Source: an uncultured Candidatus Rokubacteria bacterium
Lineage (GTDB): Bacteria; Methylomirabilota; Methylomirabilia; Rokubacteriales; DASRDR01
Direction of reading: 5' to 3'
Length of the DNA stretch: 64,000 nt
Assembly (NCBI GenBank): GCA_963826115.1
Contig: CAWGVS010000011.1
Coordinates: 1 to 64,000, forward strand
The translations under genes and the position numbers were made by a program. The number at the start of each line of letters is the position of its first letter. The first letter of the stretch is position 1. The notes under the pieces are model-generated. The model was given only the letters and a program-made list of their open reading frames with translations. It searched no databases and had not been told where the DNA came from. This document shows, piece by piece, positions 41,279 to 50,669 of the stretch.

Positions 41279-42286
41279 TCAGGCGCCCAGCTCGGCCCGC
41301 ACGAGCCGCGCGCCCTCGACCATCGCGACGAGCTTCGCGAAGGCGACGTCGCGCGGGAGGTGCATGAGGCCGCAGTCCGGGTTGACGGCCAGGCTCTTGG
41401 CGGGCACCAGGTCGAGGGCGGCCCGGATCCGCTCGGCCACGACGGCGGCCGTCTCGATGTCGTGGCTCTTGACGTCCACGACGCCGAGCCCGAGCGTGAA
41501 CTGGGGATCGAAATCCTTGAAGAGGCGGACGTCGTCCTCGCCCCGGCGCGCGAACTCGAGCGTCAGCTGGTTGATGCGCGCGTCGAGGATCGCCGGGAAC
41601 AGGTACCGGTAGCTGCCCTCCCAGGACGGCTTGCCGTAGCGGTTGCCGTAGCACACGTGGAGCGACAGGCGCGCGTCCACGCCCTCGACGAGGGCGTTGA
41701 GGGCCCGCACCGCCCAGGGGATGTCCTCGGGAAACCCCGAGTAGTACGGCTCGTCGATCTGGATGTCCGTGGCCCCCGCCCGGGCGAGCTCGCGGAGCTC
41801 GATGTTCATGACGCGGGCGATGTCGAGGGCGAGGGCTTCCTCGCTCGGGTAGTACTCGTTCCGGATGCGCTTGACGAGCGAGAGCGGGCCGGTGACCGAC
41901 ACCTTGGTGCGGCGCTCGGTGTAGCGTCGGAGGAAGCGGAACTCCTCGACCAGGCCCAGCGAGCCGGTCGGCAGGCGTCCCCGGACGGCGGCGTCGTAGA
42001 AGTCGTAGTAGAACTTCTTCGAGGTGTGGTCGATCTGCACGCCGGGGAGCCGGGTCGTGAAGTGGTCGATCATGTTGTCCCGGCGCAGCTCTCCATCGGA
42101 CACGATGTCGACGCCCGCCGTCTCCTGGTCCTTGATCGCCGCTTTGACCGCCGCGTCGTGAATCTCCTCGAGGTCGTGCCGGGAGAGACGACGGTGGAGG
42201 TAGTCGTTCTTGGCCCGCTCGAGCCAGCCGGGCATCGAGTAGCTCCCGATGACGGCGGTGAGCAGGACGGGGTCAGGGCGTGACAT
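41279..42286 (-). CDS. Cobalamin-independent methionine synthase catalytic-domain-only (core MetE-like) protein
   Basis: IGSY, DQETAGVDIVSDGELRR, IQIDEP, Zn ligands HVC, LEF, PDCG; no N-terminal folate-binding half. Confidence 0.88.
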   Translation of the reverse strand: MSRPDPVLLTAVIGSYSMPGWLERAKNDYLHRRLSRHDLEEIHDAAVKAAIKDQETAGVDIVSDGELRRDNMIDHFTTRLPGVQIDHTSKKFYYDFYDAAVRGRLPTGSLGLVEEFRFLRRYTERRTKVSVTGPLSLVKRIRNEYYPSEEALALDIARVMNIELRELARAGATDIQIDEPYYSGFPEDIPWAVRALNALVEGVDARLSLHVCYGNRYGKPSWEGSYRYLFPAILDARINQLTLEFARRGEDDVRLFKDFDPQFTLGLGVVDVKSHDIETAAVVAERIRAALDLVPAKSLAVNPDCGLMHLPRDVAFAKLVAMVEGARLVRAELGA

Positions 42287-42344
42287 GGGCATGTCTCCAC
42301 TCCACATCGGGCTGCTGCGATGGCCGCGAGGTCAAGGGCCCGCC

Positions 42345-43813
42345 CTATTCCCGCGGGGTCGTGTAGAGGATCGACGTGCGCGATCCCGGACGGTACCGGA
42401 ACGGCGCGAAGTGCACGTCGAACCCGGTCCGCGCGCCGATGGCTCGCAGGAGCGCGCCGTTGACCCAGTTCACGACCGAGCCGTCGAGCTTGCCGGGCCC
42501 CCGGAATCCCTGGCGGTACTCGTGCATGTCCGCGACGAAGATGTCCTGCACCTGGAGGTAGCCGCGCGGGTGGAGGAGGGGCACGGTGTGAACGAAGCTC
42601 TCCGCCGCGCCGCGCGAGAGATGGAAGCGCACGTCGTCGGGCGCCTCGGCCAGAAGGTCCTCGAGGTGGCTCTGGTCGAGGCCGGGCGGCAACGGCACCT
42701 GGGAGACGTCCTCCAGCCCGACGAGCCGCTCCTCCAGGCGCAGCGCGTCCCACGCCGCCCGCCAGAACTCGACGCCGCGCGCGCGGTCGCCGAGCGCTTC
42801 CGGCCCCACGAGGATCAGCTGGTCGAGGAGCCGAGGAAGGTCGCCGGCGGCGCACCCCGCGATCCCCGCGACGCGCGCGGCCGCCTCGCGCGGCAGGTAC
42901 GCGCGCGTCTCGACCAGGTAGAGCCGCCCGTCCCGCCGGACCACCTCGTCGTGAGGCAGGTTGTCGTAGACGTTGGTGAGGTGGATGTAGAGGATCTTGT
43001 ACCGGAGGAAGGAGAGGGTCTTGAGGGGATTCAACGCGTCCATCGGGATGACGCTCACGAGGTCCCGGTGCGTGGAGACGGCGTCCATCGCCCGATCGAG
43101 CGTGGGCAGCGAGTAGTCGCCCAGGAGGAACCGGAGGCGCGGGTAGTAGCTGGTCCCGCGCTCCTCGTCGAGTGCCCGGAACCGGTCGAGCCAGAGCGCG
43201 GCGCGCTGGCCCGAGCCCACGCCGATCTCGAGGGCGAAGACCTCGGGGGGAGCTGGCCCCGCTTCTCGAGGTCCCGCAGGAGCGTCCAGAAATCGGCGAC
43301 CGAGTCCGCCACCGCATCGGGGCGCCTGGCGTCCGATTGCCCGCTGGGAAGCGCCTCCTCGAACCGGCGGCCGGAGGCGGCCTCCCAGTCCCCCACGCGC
43401 TGCCAGAAGAGCCGGTTGAAGCGCCAGATCACGCTGTCGCGTACGGGAGTCCACGTCTCGAGGGCGACTCCGCCCGCCGGGCCTTCCTCGAGCGGGTCCG
43501 CGGCTCCGCGGAGCGCCCGGGCGAGCGTCTCGCCGAGCGTGGCGGGGTCCACGCGGCGAAGGTCCACGGCGAGCTCCGCGAGAGCGAGGGCCCCGCCGGA
43601 CCGGTCGGCGGCGCGGCGGACGAGAACGGGCTCGCGGAAGTTCGCCTTGTACTGGATCCAGTCCAGATGGACCCGCAGGCTCGGCACCAGGCGTGGCTCG
43701 ATGACCCCGTTGGCGACCAGGCCGAGGAGGGTCCGGACGATGTCCGCGCTCCGCTCGGCGAGGATGCCTTGCTCTGGGCCGCCCGGCGGGATGTGATTGA
43801 CGTGGAGGATCAT
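42345..43813 (-). CDS. Class I SAM-dependent methyltransferase-like protein (MidA/NDUFAF7-like), with an apparent 1-nt deletion in a G6 run near 43245-43250
   Basis: MILHVNHI...LEKRGQLPP continues in another frame as EVFALEIGVGSG (motif I), LLGDYS, TNVYDNLP. Confidence 0.7.
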
Positions 43814-44023
43814 CGCGCCTCCAGTGTGGAGAACCCGGGGCGGAGGGTCAAGATTGGTTCCGAGGACGGACTGATTTCGACATGGCGCGCCCTGGCGCTC
43901 GTCCGCGGATGTGTCGGGGCGCGCCGGAGCGTCCACGGAATGGTGCAGGATGGAGCCGAGCGAAGCGGAGGCCATGGACGAAGTCCGTCGCCGAAACCCG
44001 GAGGAACGCTGGGGAGGCCAGGG

Positions 44024-44518
44024 ATGCGAGGGAATCTCGTGGTGGGCGGTCGCTTTCCCGATCTCGAGCTGCCCGATCACCGGCGGCAACCCGCGACGCT
44101 GAGCGGGCTGGCCGACGGGTTTCCGCTGATCGTGTCCTTCTACCGGGGCTACTGGTGACCCAAATGCCAGTGCCAGTTGAGGCACTTGGTCGAGTTCCAG
44201 AACGAGCTCGAAATCAACTACTGCCACCTCGCGGTGATCAGTACCGACCCGCCGGAGATCTCGGCCGCGTTCCGCGCCGGATTGGGCGCCACGTTCACGT
44301 TCCTGAGCGACCATGACCGCCGGGCCGTTCGGGAGCTCGACATCGTGGACGAGACGGACCGGAATCACCCTCGGATCGCGTACCCGTGGAGCTTCTCGAT
44401 TGGGCCGGATCTCGTGATCCACAAGATCTACGACGGCGGCTGGTTCGTGGGTCGCCCGACGCTCGAGGAGCTGCGACAGGACCTGCGCGCGATGATGCTC
44501 GCCTACCACCCGGACTGA
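44024..44518 (+). CDS. Peroxiredoxin-like (AhpC/TSA) redoxin, predicted selenoprotein with UxxC (Sec at TGA 44156-44158), 164 aa
   Basis: G.RFPDLELPD, SFYRGYW-U-PKC, AVISTD, FTFLSD; the two ORF-track halves are in the same frame; SECIS-like hairpin. Confidence 0.88.
44167..44189 (+). promoter_or_regulatory. Bacterial SECIS-like hairpin
   Basis: CCA-GTGCC-AGTTGA-GGCAC-(T)-TGG; the upper stem starts 11 nt after the TGA and the loop contains GU. Confidence 0.7.
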
Positions 44519-44623
44519 CGCGGCGCCCGATGACGCGGCCGCCCGCATCGGCGAGGTGCTCCGTCGATGCCCTCAGGGTGGCCCGCGCCTCGGGAAGGCG
44601 GCGTGGGTGACGCGGCCGACGGT

Positions 44624-45724
44624 CTAGCGCCAGACCTCGCGCGCGACCTTCGCCACGAGCCCGAGCTTGGCCCACTGGTCGGCCTCGGTGAGGAGGTTGC
44701 CCTCCATGGTCGAGGCGAAGCCGCACTGGGGCGAGAGCGCGAGGTCGTCCAGCGGGACGTAGCGGGCCGCTTCCTGGACGCGCCGCTGGAGGTCGGCGGG
44801 CGACTCGAGGGCGGGCAGCTTGCTCGACACGAGGCCCAGCACGACCGCCTTCCCGCGCGGCACGAATCGGAGCGGCTCGAACGTCCCGGAGCGCACGTCG
44901 TCGTACTCGAGGAGGAAGCGGTCCACCCGGAGCTCGGCGAAGAGCTTCTCGGCGATGGAATCGTACCCGCCCTCGGCATACCAGTGGCTCCGGTTGTTGC
45001 CGCGGCAGAGGTGGATGGCGAGGGTGACGCCCGGGCGGCGCGCTCCCTCGAGGCAGGCGTTGTCCGCGCGCACCGCTTCGTCCAGCGCGGTCTCCGGGTC
45101 CTGCCCCATCTCGGTGCGGATCCACTCGCGCCACTTGGGGTCCATGTAGTAGCTGTAGCGCGGCGCGTCGATCTGGACGTACGCCACGCCGTCGTCGACC
45201 AGGGCCTGCACCTCGGCCTTCAGGACCTTCACGACGTCCCACAGGAAGTCGGACGCTGTCGGGTAGACGCGGTCGGACACGCCCCGCTTGTATGCGATCG
45301 CGGGGAACTGGGTCGCGCTCGGGAGCGTGATCTTGATCGCGCCGGGGCTGTGCTGCTTCATGAACGGGAGCTCGTGTCCGGTGAGCCGTCGGAGCTGCCT
45401 GAGCTTCTGCGTCACGATGCCGGTGACGGCACTCACGTGAGGGGAACCCGTCTTTCCGACCTGCCACATGCGGGCCACCTGGTCGCCGTGGTCGAGACCG
45501 GCCACCGCGTCCCAGAAGTCGCTCATGAAGTTCGAGCGGCGGAGCTCGCCATCGGTGAAGATCTCGAACCCGAGCTCGCGCTGTCGCTGGAGGCTCTCGA
45601 GGATCGCTCGGTCTTCCAGCTCCCGCAGGCGCTCGGGCCGCGTCGTGGGGTCCTTGCGCGCCTCGAGGAGCGCACCCGGGCGCAGGAAGCTTCCGACTTG
45701 GTCGGCACGGTACGGCGCGGTCAT
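44624..45724 (-). CDS. Second core MetE-like enzyme (YxjG/YxjH-type methionine synthase II family)
   Basis: RADQVGSFLRP, TDGELRR, VQIDAP, HLCRGN, LEYD, SPQCGFAS. Confidence 0.88.
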   Translation of the reverse strand: MTAPYRADQVGSFLRPGALLEARKDPTTRPERLRELEDRAILESLQRQRELGFEIFTDGELRRSNFMSDFWDAVAGLDHGDQVARMWQVGKTGSPHVSAVTGIVTQKLRQLRRLTGHELPFMKQHSPGAIKITLPSATQFPAIAYKRGVSDRVYPTASDFLWDVVKVLKAEVQALVDDGVAYVQIDAPRYSYYMDPKWREWIRTEMGQDPETALDEAVRADNACLEGARRPGVTLAIHLCRGNNRSHWYAEGGYDSIAEKLFAELRVDRFLLEYDDVRSGTFEPLRFVPRGKAVVLGLVSSKLPALESPADLQRRVQEAARYVPLDDLALSPQCGFASTMEGNLLTEADQWAKLGLVAKVAREVWR

Positions 45725-45778
45725 GGCGAGACCTCCTGGGGCCGCGCCCCCGCGGGGCGCCCCGGCGCGTGCGAGTCG

Positions 45779-46213
45779 TCAGGCCTTGGGGGCGGCGCCG
45801 CCCTCGTCCGCCGCGATCTTCTGGATGATCTCCGCCCCGAGGTTCGCGGCCGGCAGGCCCCGGAAGAGGAACGCGAGGCTCACCACGGCCGACAGCTCCT
45901 CCCACGAGGCGCCGGCCCGCCGTGCGGCGATCGCGTGGAGGCGCGCGGCGTCGCCCATCAAGGCGAGCAGGATACCAAACAGCATGAGCTGCGACGTCTT
46001 CACGTCGAAGCAGCTCGGGTACATGGCGCGGAGGCGGGCCGCCTCCTCGAGGCGCAGGAGCTCGGGGTCGAGGCGGGCGAGGAGGTCCGTGCGTGCCGCG
46101 ATCCGAGGGGGGACGAAGCCGATCAGGGTCTCGTACGGGGCACGGATCGCGGCCAGCTCCGCCTCCGACATCGCGTGCGGCGGAAGTGGTCCCGTGTGGT
46201 CCGGCTTCGCCAT
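45779..46213 (-). CDS. Carboxymuconolactone decarboxylase (CMD/AhpD-like) family protein
   Basis: FDVKTSQLM..., HAIAARRAGASWEEL..V pattern; no CxxC. Confidence 0.75.
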   Translation of the reverse strand: MAKPDHTGPLPPHAMSEAELAAIRAPYETLIGFVPPRIAARTDLLARLDPELLRLEEAARLRAMYPSCFDVKTSQLMLFGILLALMGDAARLHAIAARRAGASWEELSAVVSLAFLFRGLPAANLGAEIIQKIAADEGGAAPKA

Positions 46214-46294
46214 GGTCTCCATCCTCCCGGGGTCTCGCGCCGGCCTCGGCCGACTCTGGTCCCCGCCCTCCGGAGCGGCCTGGTCGGGGACGTG

Positions 46295-46351
46295 TTGACA
46301 GCAGCAAGCTTGGTTCGCTAGTGTCAAACACCATTCGATCGGATCTGTCAA
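46295..46351. promoter_or_regulatory. Divergent promoter/operator region with three TTGACA boxes
   Basis: TTGACA (46295-46300), TGTCAA (46322-46327) and TGTCAA (46346-46351) between the CMD and XRE genes. Confidence 0.5.
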
Positions 46352-46398
46352 GCGGGCGGGCTTCCGCGTGGTGGGTGAGAGGAGTGCGAGGACCAGCG

Positions 46399-47064
46399 GT
46401 GGACGTGGGACGCAGGGTCAGGGAGCTCCGGATTCGGCGCGGCCTGGTCATCGAGGACCTGGCGCGCAAGAGCGGCCTCTCCAAGCCCTACATCAGCCAG
46501 GTCGAGACCGGGAAGGCGTCGCCGTCGCTCCAGACCGTCCAGAAGCTGGCCCAGGCGCTGAGCGTCCCCCTGACGTACCTGTTTCTCGAGGAGGCGTTCG
46601 GATGCCACGTGACCCGTCGCGCGGAGCGTCGGGCCGTGTCGTTCGGAGACCCGGACAAGCTGGTGTCGTTCCTTTCCGCGCCGAACCGCAGCCTCGAGAT
46701 GCTGCTGCTCGAGATCCCGTCGGGATACACGGCGGGCGGACGCACGCACTCTCACGAGGGCGAGGAGTGCCACTGGGTGCTCGACGGCACGATCACGGCC
46801 GTCCAGGGGGACCAGCGGTTCGTGGTCGCGCGGGGGGACAGCTTCCACTGGGACGGCAGCCTGCCCCACCGGATCGAGAACCACGGTCCCGAGGTTGCGC
46901 GGCTGCTGGTCGCCCGGACGCCTCCGGGCTTTCTGAACGTCACCTTTTACGAAGCACGTCCCGACCAGCCGGGAGCGAGCGCCGGCGCCGAGCGCCCGCG
47001 AGGCGGACGCTCGGCGCCGCGGCGGCTGGCGAGGGCTCACCATCAAAAGGGAGGGGCTCAATGA
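46399..47064 (+). CDS. XRE-family HTH + cupin transcriptional regulator
   Basis: RVRELR..RGL..EDLA..SGLSKPYISQVETGKASPSL; HSHEGEE, GDSFHWD..LPHRIEN. Confidence 0.9.
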   Translation: MDVGRRVRELRIRRGLVIEDLARKSGLSKPYISQVETGKASPSLQTVQKLAQALSVPLTYLFLEEAFGCHVTRRAERRAVSFGDPDKLVSFLSAPNRSLEMLLLEIPSGYTAGGRTHSHEGEECHWVLDGTITAVQGDQRFVVARGDSFHWDGSLPHRIENHGPEVARLLVARTPPGFLNVTFYEARPDQPGASAGAERPRGGRSAPRRLARAHHQKGGAQ

Positions 47065-48263
47065 CGAGACGAGGATGGGTCCTGAGCGGACTTGCGGCGA
47101 TCGCGGTGGCCGGCTGGCTGGCGTGGCCCGCGGCGGTGGCGGCCCAGACGATCAAGGTCGGGGCGGTTGTGCCCCTGACCGGGCGGTACGCGGCCCCGGG
47201 CGCCCAGGTGCGAACCGGCTACGAGATCGCGATCGAGGACGTGAACCGCGGCGGAGGCGTGACCGTAGGCGGCAAGAAGATGCCGCTCGAACTGGTCCTC
47301 CTGGACGACGAGTCCGACGCGACGAAGACCGTCGCTCGGTACGAGACCCTCGCCGCCGAGGGCGTCACGGTCTACCTGGGGACGTTCGGCTCCGATCTCC
47401 ACGCCGCGGCGGCCTCGGTGGCCGAGAAGAACAAGGTCCCGTACATTGGCGTCGCCTTCGCCCTCCACAAGATCCACGAGCAGGGGTTCCGCTATCTCTT
47501 CTCGCCGTTCTGGAAGTCGCCCGACATCGGTCAGCAGCTGGTCCCGATGCTGAACTCGATCCCGGCCGCCGACCGGCCCAAGAAGGTCGCGCTTTTTCTG
47601 GAGAAGACCGACTGGGGCCGCGAGATGGCCGCGGCGTGGGTGGAGGCGGGCAAGGGTGCGGGGTATGAGGTCGTCGTCCAGGGCGAGTACGCGGTGGGCT
47701 CGAAGGACTACTCCGACCTGATCCTCAAGGCGAAGGCCGCGAATGCCGACGCGATGTTCTCGCTGCCGACCCCTCCGGACGGGATGGCGATGGTCAAGCA
47801 GATGCACGAGCTGGACTTCAACCCGAAGCTCGTGTTCGTCATCCGCGCGCCCGACGCGCCGGTCTGGTCGAAGAACCTGGGGAAGGATGGTGACTACACC
47901 GTCTTCGCTCCGGGCTGGCACAACGCGTTCAAGTATCCCGGGGTGGCCGAGCTGAACGCGGCGCACGTGAAGAAGATCGGGCGCCCCGCCGATCCGATCA
48001 CGGGCCCGGCGTACGCGTGCGTGCAGATCCTCGCCGCGGCGCTGACCAAGGCCGGCGCGGCCGACCGGGAGAAGGTGCGCGACGCGATCGCGGCGACGGA
48101 CATGACGACCGTCATCGGGCCGGTCAAGTTCCGCGCCGACGGTACCGGGATCGTCCAGGGGGCCTTCCTCCAGTGGCAGAACGGCAAGCAGGAGCTCGTC
48201 TGGCCGAAGGAGTTCGCCACGCAGCCGCTGGGCTATCCGGCGCCGCCGTTCTCCAAGCGGTGA
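47061..48263 (+). CDS. Branched-chain amino acid-type ABC substrate-binding protein
   Basis: Signal peptide, IKVGAVVPLTGRYA, DDESD, QWQNGKQELVWP. Confidence 0.9.
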   Translation: MTRRGWVLSGLAAIAVAGWLAWPAAVAAQTIKVGAVVPLTGRYAAPGAQVRTGYEIAIEDVNRGGGVTVGGKKMPLELVLLDDESDATKTVARYETLAAEGVTVYLGTFGSDLHAAAASVAEKNKVPYIGVAFALHKIHEQGFRYLFSPFWKSPDIGQQLVPMLNSIPAADRPKKVALFLEKTDWGREMAAAWVEAGKGAGYEVVVQGEYAVGSKDYSDLILKAKAANADAMFSLPTPPDGMAMVKQMHELDFNPKLVFVIRAPDAPVWSKNLGKDGDYTVFAPGWHNAFKYPGVAELNAAHVKKIGRPADPITGPAYACVQILAAALTKAGAADREKVRDAIAATDMTTVIGPVKFRADGTGIVQGAFLQWQNGKQELVWPKEFATQPLGYPAPPFSKR

Positions 48264-48303
48264 GGGCGGAGCGAGCCGTCCGGACCTCGTCGTCGCTCCC
48301 CTG

Positions 48304-49071
48304 GTGACATCGACCGCGCCCCTGCTCGCCCTCGAAGGTGTCTCGAAGGCCTTCGCGGGCGTGCAGGCGGTTCGGAGCGTGAGCCTCGAGGTCCCGGCGG
48401 GAGCGGTCGTCGGGATCATGGGGCCGAACGGCTCCGGCAAGACCACGCTGTTCAACCTGATCGCGGGGGCGCTGCGCCCCGACCAGGGGCGCATCCGCCT
48501 CCGTGGTCAGGACGTCACCCGGCTTCCCTCGCACCGCCGGTGCGCGCACGGCGTGGCGCGCACCTTCCAGCACGTGCGGCCGTTTCCGGGTCTCACGGCA
48601 ATCGACAACGTCCTGGTGGGGCTCCTCCACGGGCGCCGGCGGACTCACGGGCGCGACGCCGAGCGCGCCGCGACGCGCTTCCTGGCCCTGGCGGGCCTCG
48701 AGGACAAGGCGCACGTGCCCGGGGCGCGCCTGAGCCTGCTCGAGCGCCGGCGCCTCGAGCTCGCGCGCGCGCTCGCCACCGGCCCGGAGCTCCTCCTGCT
48801 CGACGAGTTCATGGCCGGCCTGACCCCGGCCGAGACCGGGGACGCGATGGCGGTCATCCGCCGGATCCGGGACGAGGGCGTGACCCTCATGCTCGTGGAG
48901 CACATCGTGTGGGCGCTCCTGGACCTCTCGAACCGGATCGTCGTCCTCAGCGCGGGGGAGAAGATCGCCGAGGGCGCCCCGGGCGCGGTGGCGGTGGACC
49001 CGGCCGTCGTCGAGGCATACCTGGGGCGGGAGGGAAGCGGAGGGAGCGCGGGGAGCCGGTCGCGTGCTTGA
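48304..49071 (+). CDS. livG: Liv-type ABC ATP-binding protein
   Basis: GPNGSGKTTLFNLI, ARTFQ, LELARALA, LLLDE, VVEAYLG. Confidence 0.88.
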   Translation: MTSTAPLLALEGVSKAFAGVQAVRSVSLEVPAGAVVGIMGPNGSGKTTLFNLIAGALRPDQGRIRLRGQDVTRLPSHRRCAHGVARTFQHVRPFPGLTAIDNVLVGLLHGRRRTHGRDAERAATRFLALAGLEDKAHVPGARLSLLERRRLELARALATGPELLLLDEFMAGLTPAETGDAMAVIRRIRDEGVTLMLVEHIVWALLDLSNRIVVLSAGEKIAEGAPGAVAVDPAVVEAYLGREGSGGSAGSRSRA

Positions 49072-49783
49072 GGTCCGAGACCTCGACGCGACGTACGGAG
49101 AGCTCCGGGCGCTGGTCGGGGTCGGCCTGCAGGTCGGCGCCGACGAGATCGTGGCGCTCGTCGGCTCCAACGGCGCCGGCAAGACGACGCTGCTCCGGTG
49201 CATCACCGGTCTCACGCGCCCGCGCGCCGGCCGGATCCTGTGGCAGGGCCAGGACCTCGTCGGGCTTGCGCCGCACCGCGTGGTCGAGCGCGGCGTCGCG
49301 ATGGTACCCGAGGGCCGCCGGCTCTTCGGGCACATGACGGTCGAGGAGAACCTCTCGCTCGGTGGGTTCAGCGCCCGGGCGCGCCCCGAGCGCCAGGCGA
49401 CCCTCGACCGCATCTACGGGATCTTCCCCCGGCTGGCCGAGCGCCGACGGCAGCGGGCCGGCGCCCTGTCGGGCGGCGAGCAGCAGATGGTGGCGATCGG
49501 ACGGGCGCTCATGACGCGCCCGAGCCTCCTGATCCTGGACGAGCCTTCGCTCGGCCTCGCGCCGCGCGTGGTCGAGCTCGTGCTCGGGGTGCTCGGCGAG
49601 ATCAACCGCGCGGGGGTCGGGGTCTTCCTCGTGGAGCAGAACGTCCGGGCCGCACTCGGCCTGGCCCACCGCGCCTACGTGCTGGAGCAGGGCCGGGTGG
49701 TGGGGCAGGGCCCCAGCGCCGAGATCCTCGCGGATCCCGGCGTGCGCCGCGCGTATCTCGGGCCGCTCGCGGTCGAGCCGTGA
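49064..49783 (+). CDS. livF: Liv-type ABC ATP-binding protein
   Basis: GSNGAGKTT, VPEGRRLF, LSGGEQQM, LDEPSLGLAP, VEQN. Confidence 0.9.
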   Translation: MLEVRDLDATYGELRALVGVGLQVGADEIVALVGSNGAGKTTLLRCITGLTRPRAGRILWQGQDLVGLAPHRVVERGVAMVPEGRRLFGHMTVEENLSLGGFSARARPERQATLDRIYGIFPRLAERRRQRAGALSGGEQQMVAIGRALMTRPSLLILDEPSLGLAPRVVELVLGVLGEINRAGVGVFLVEQNVRAALGLAHRAYVLEQGRVVGQGPSAEILADPGVRRAYLGPLAVEP

Positions 49784-49796
49784 CGGTGGGACGGGC

Positions 49797-50669
49797 GTGA
49801 CCGGACTCCTCCAGCAGCTGGTCCTCGGCGTCCTGCTGGGGAGCCTCTACGGGCTGGCGGCCGCCGGCCTGTCCCTCGTGTTCGGCGTCCTGCGGGTGCT
49901 CAACGTGGCGCACGGCGAGCTGATCATGCTGGGCGGATACGCCGCCTTCGCCCTGGTGGCGATCCTGGGGCTCGATCCGTTCCTGGCGCTGCTCCTGATC
50001 ATCCCGCTGGGAGGTCTGCTGGGCGCCCTCCTCTACGCCGGGCTGTTCCGCTTCATCGTGCGTCACGGCGAGGAGACGCGGATCAAGAACTCGCTCCTCG
50101 TCGGATTCGGTCTCGCCCTCACCCTCCACGCGCTGGCCGTGCGGCTCTTCACGGCGGACGAGCGGTCGATCACCACCGCCTACCGCGGACGCTCCCTCGT
50201 GCTGGGGGGTGTGGTGTTCCCCCTCGGGCGCGTCCTGAACTTCGTCGTCGCGCTCGCCCTGATCGCCGTGCTGCATCAGTTCCTCCAGCGGGCCCGCTGG
50301 GGCCAGGCGATCCGCGCGACCGCCGAGGACTGGGAGGCCGCGAGCCTGCTCGGGATCGACGTCCGGCGCGCCTACACGCTGGCCTTCGCCATTGGCACCG
50401 CGCTGGCGGGAACCGCCGGTACGCTCATCAGCCTGGGCTACTCGATCAGCCCCTCCATCGGGCTCGAGTGGACGCTGAAGGCGCTGATCGTGATCGTGCT
50501 GGCCGGGCTCGGGTCCGCGTTCGGCACGCTTGCGGGCGGCATCCTGCTCGGGTGCGCCGAGGCGCTGAGCGCCGTGGCGTTCGGGGGCGCCTACCGCGAG
50601 GTGGTCGGGCTGCTCCTCTTCTTCTGCGTCCTGGTGGCCCGTCCCCAGGGCCTGTTCGGGCGAGCGTGA
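49797..50669 (+). CDS. livH: Liv-type ABC permease
   Basis: GLSLVFGVLRVLNVAHGE, GQAIRA, RPQGLFG. Confidence 0.88.
   Translation: MTGLLQQLVLGVLLGSLYGLAAAGLSLVFGVLRVLNVAHGELIMLGGYAAFALVAILGLDPFLALLLIIPLGGLLGALLYAGLFRFIVRHGEETRIKNSLLVGFGLALTLHALAVRLFTADERSITTAYRGRSLVLGGVVFPLGRVLNFVVALALIAVLHQFLQRARWGQAIRATAEDWEAASLLGIDVRRAYTLAFAIGTALAGTAGTLISLGYSISPSIGLEWTLKALIVIVLAGLGSAFGTLAGGILLGCAEALSAVAFGGAYREVVGLLLFFCVLVARPQGLFGRA

Noticed and set aside
41279-45724. The two MetE-like genes as halves of a split MetE
   Set aside because: Both retain a full Zn-ligand set (HxC, E, C), so both are catalytic-type domains. They are also not adjacent.
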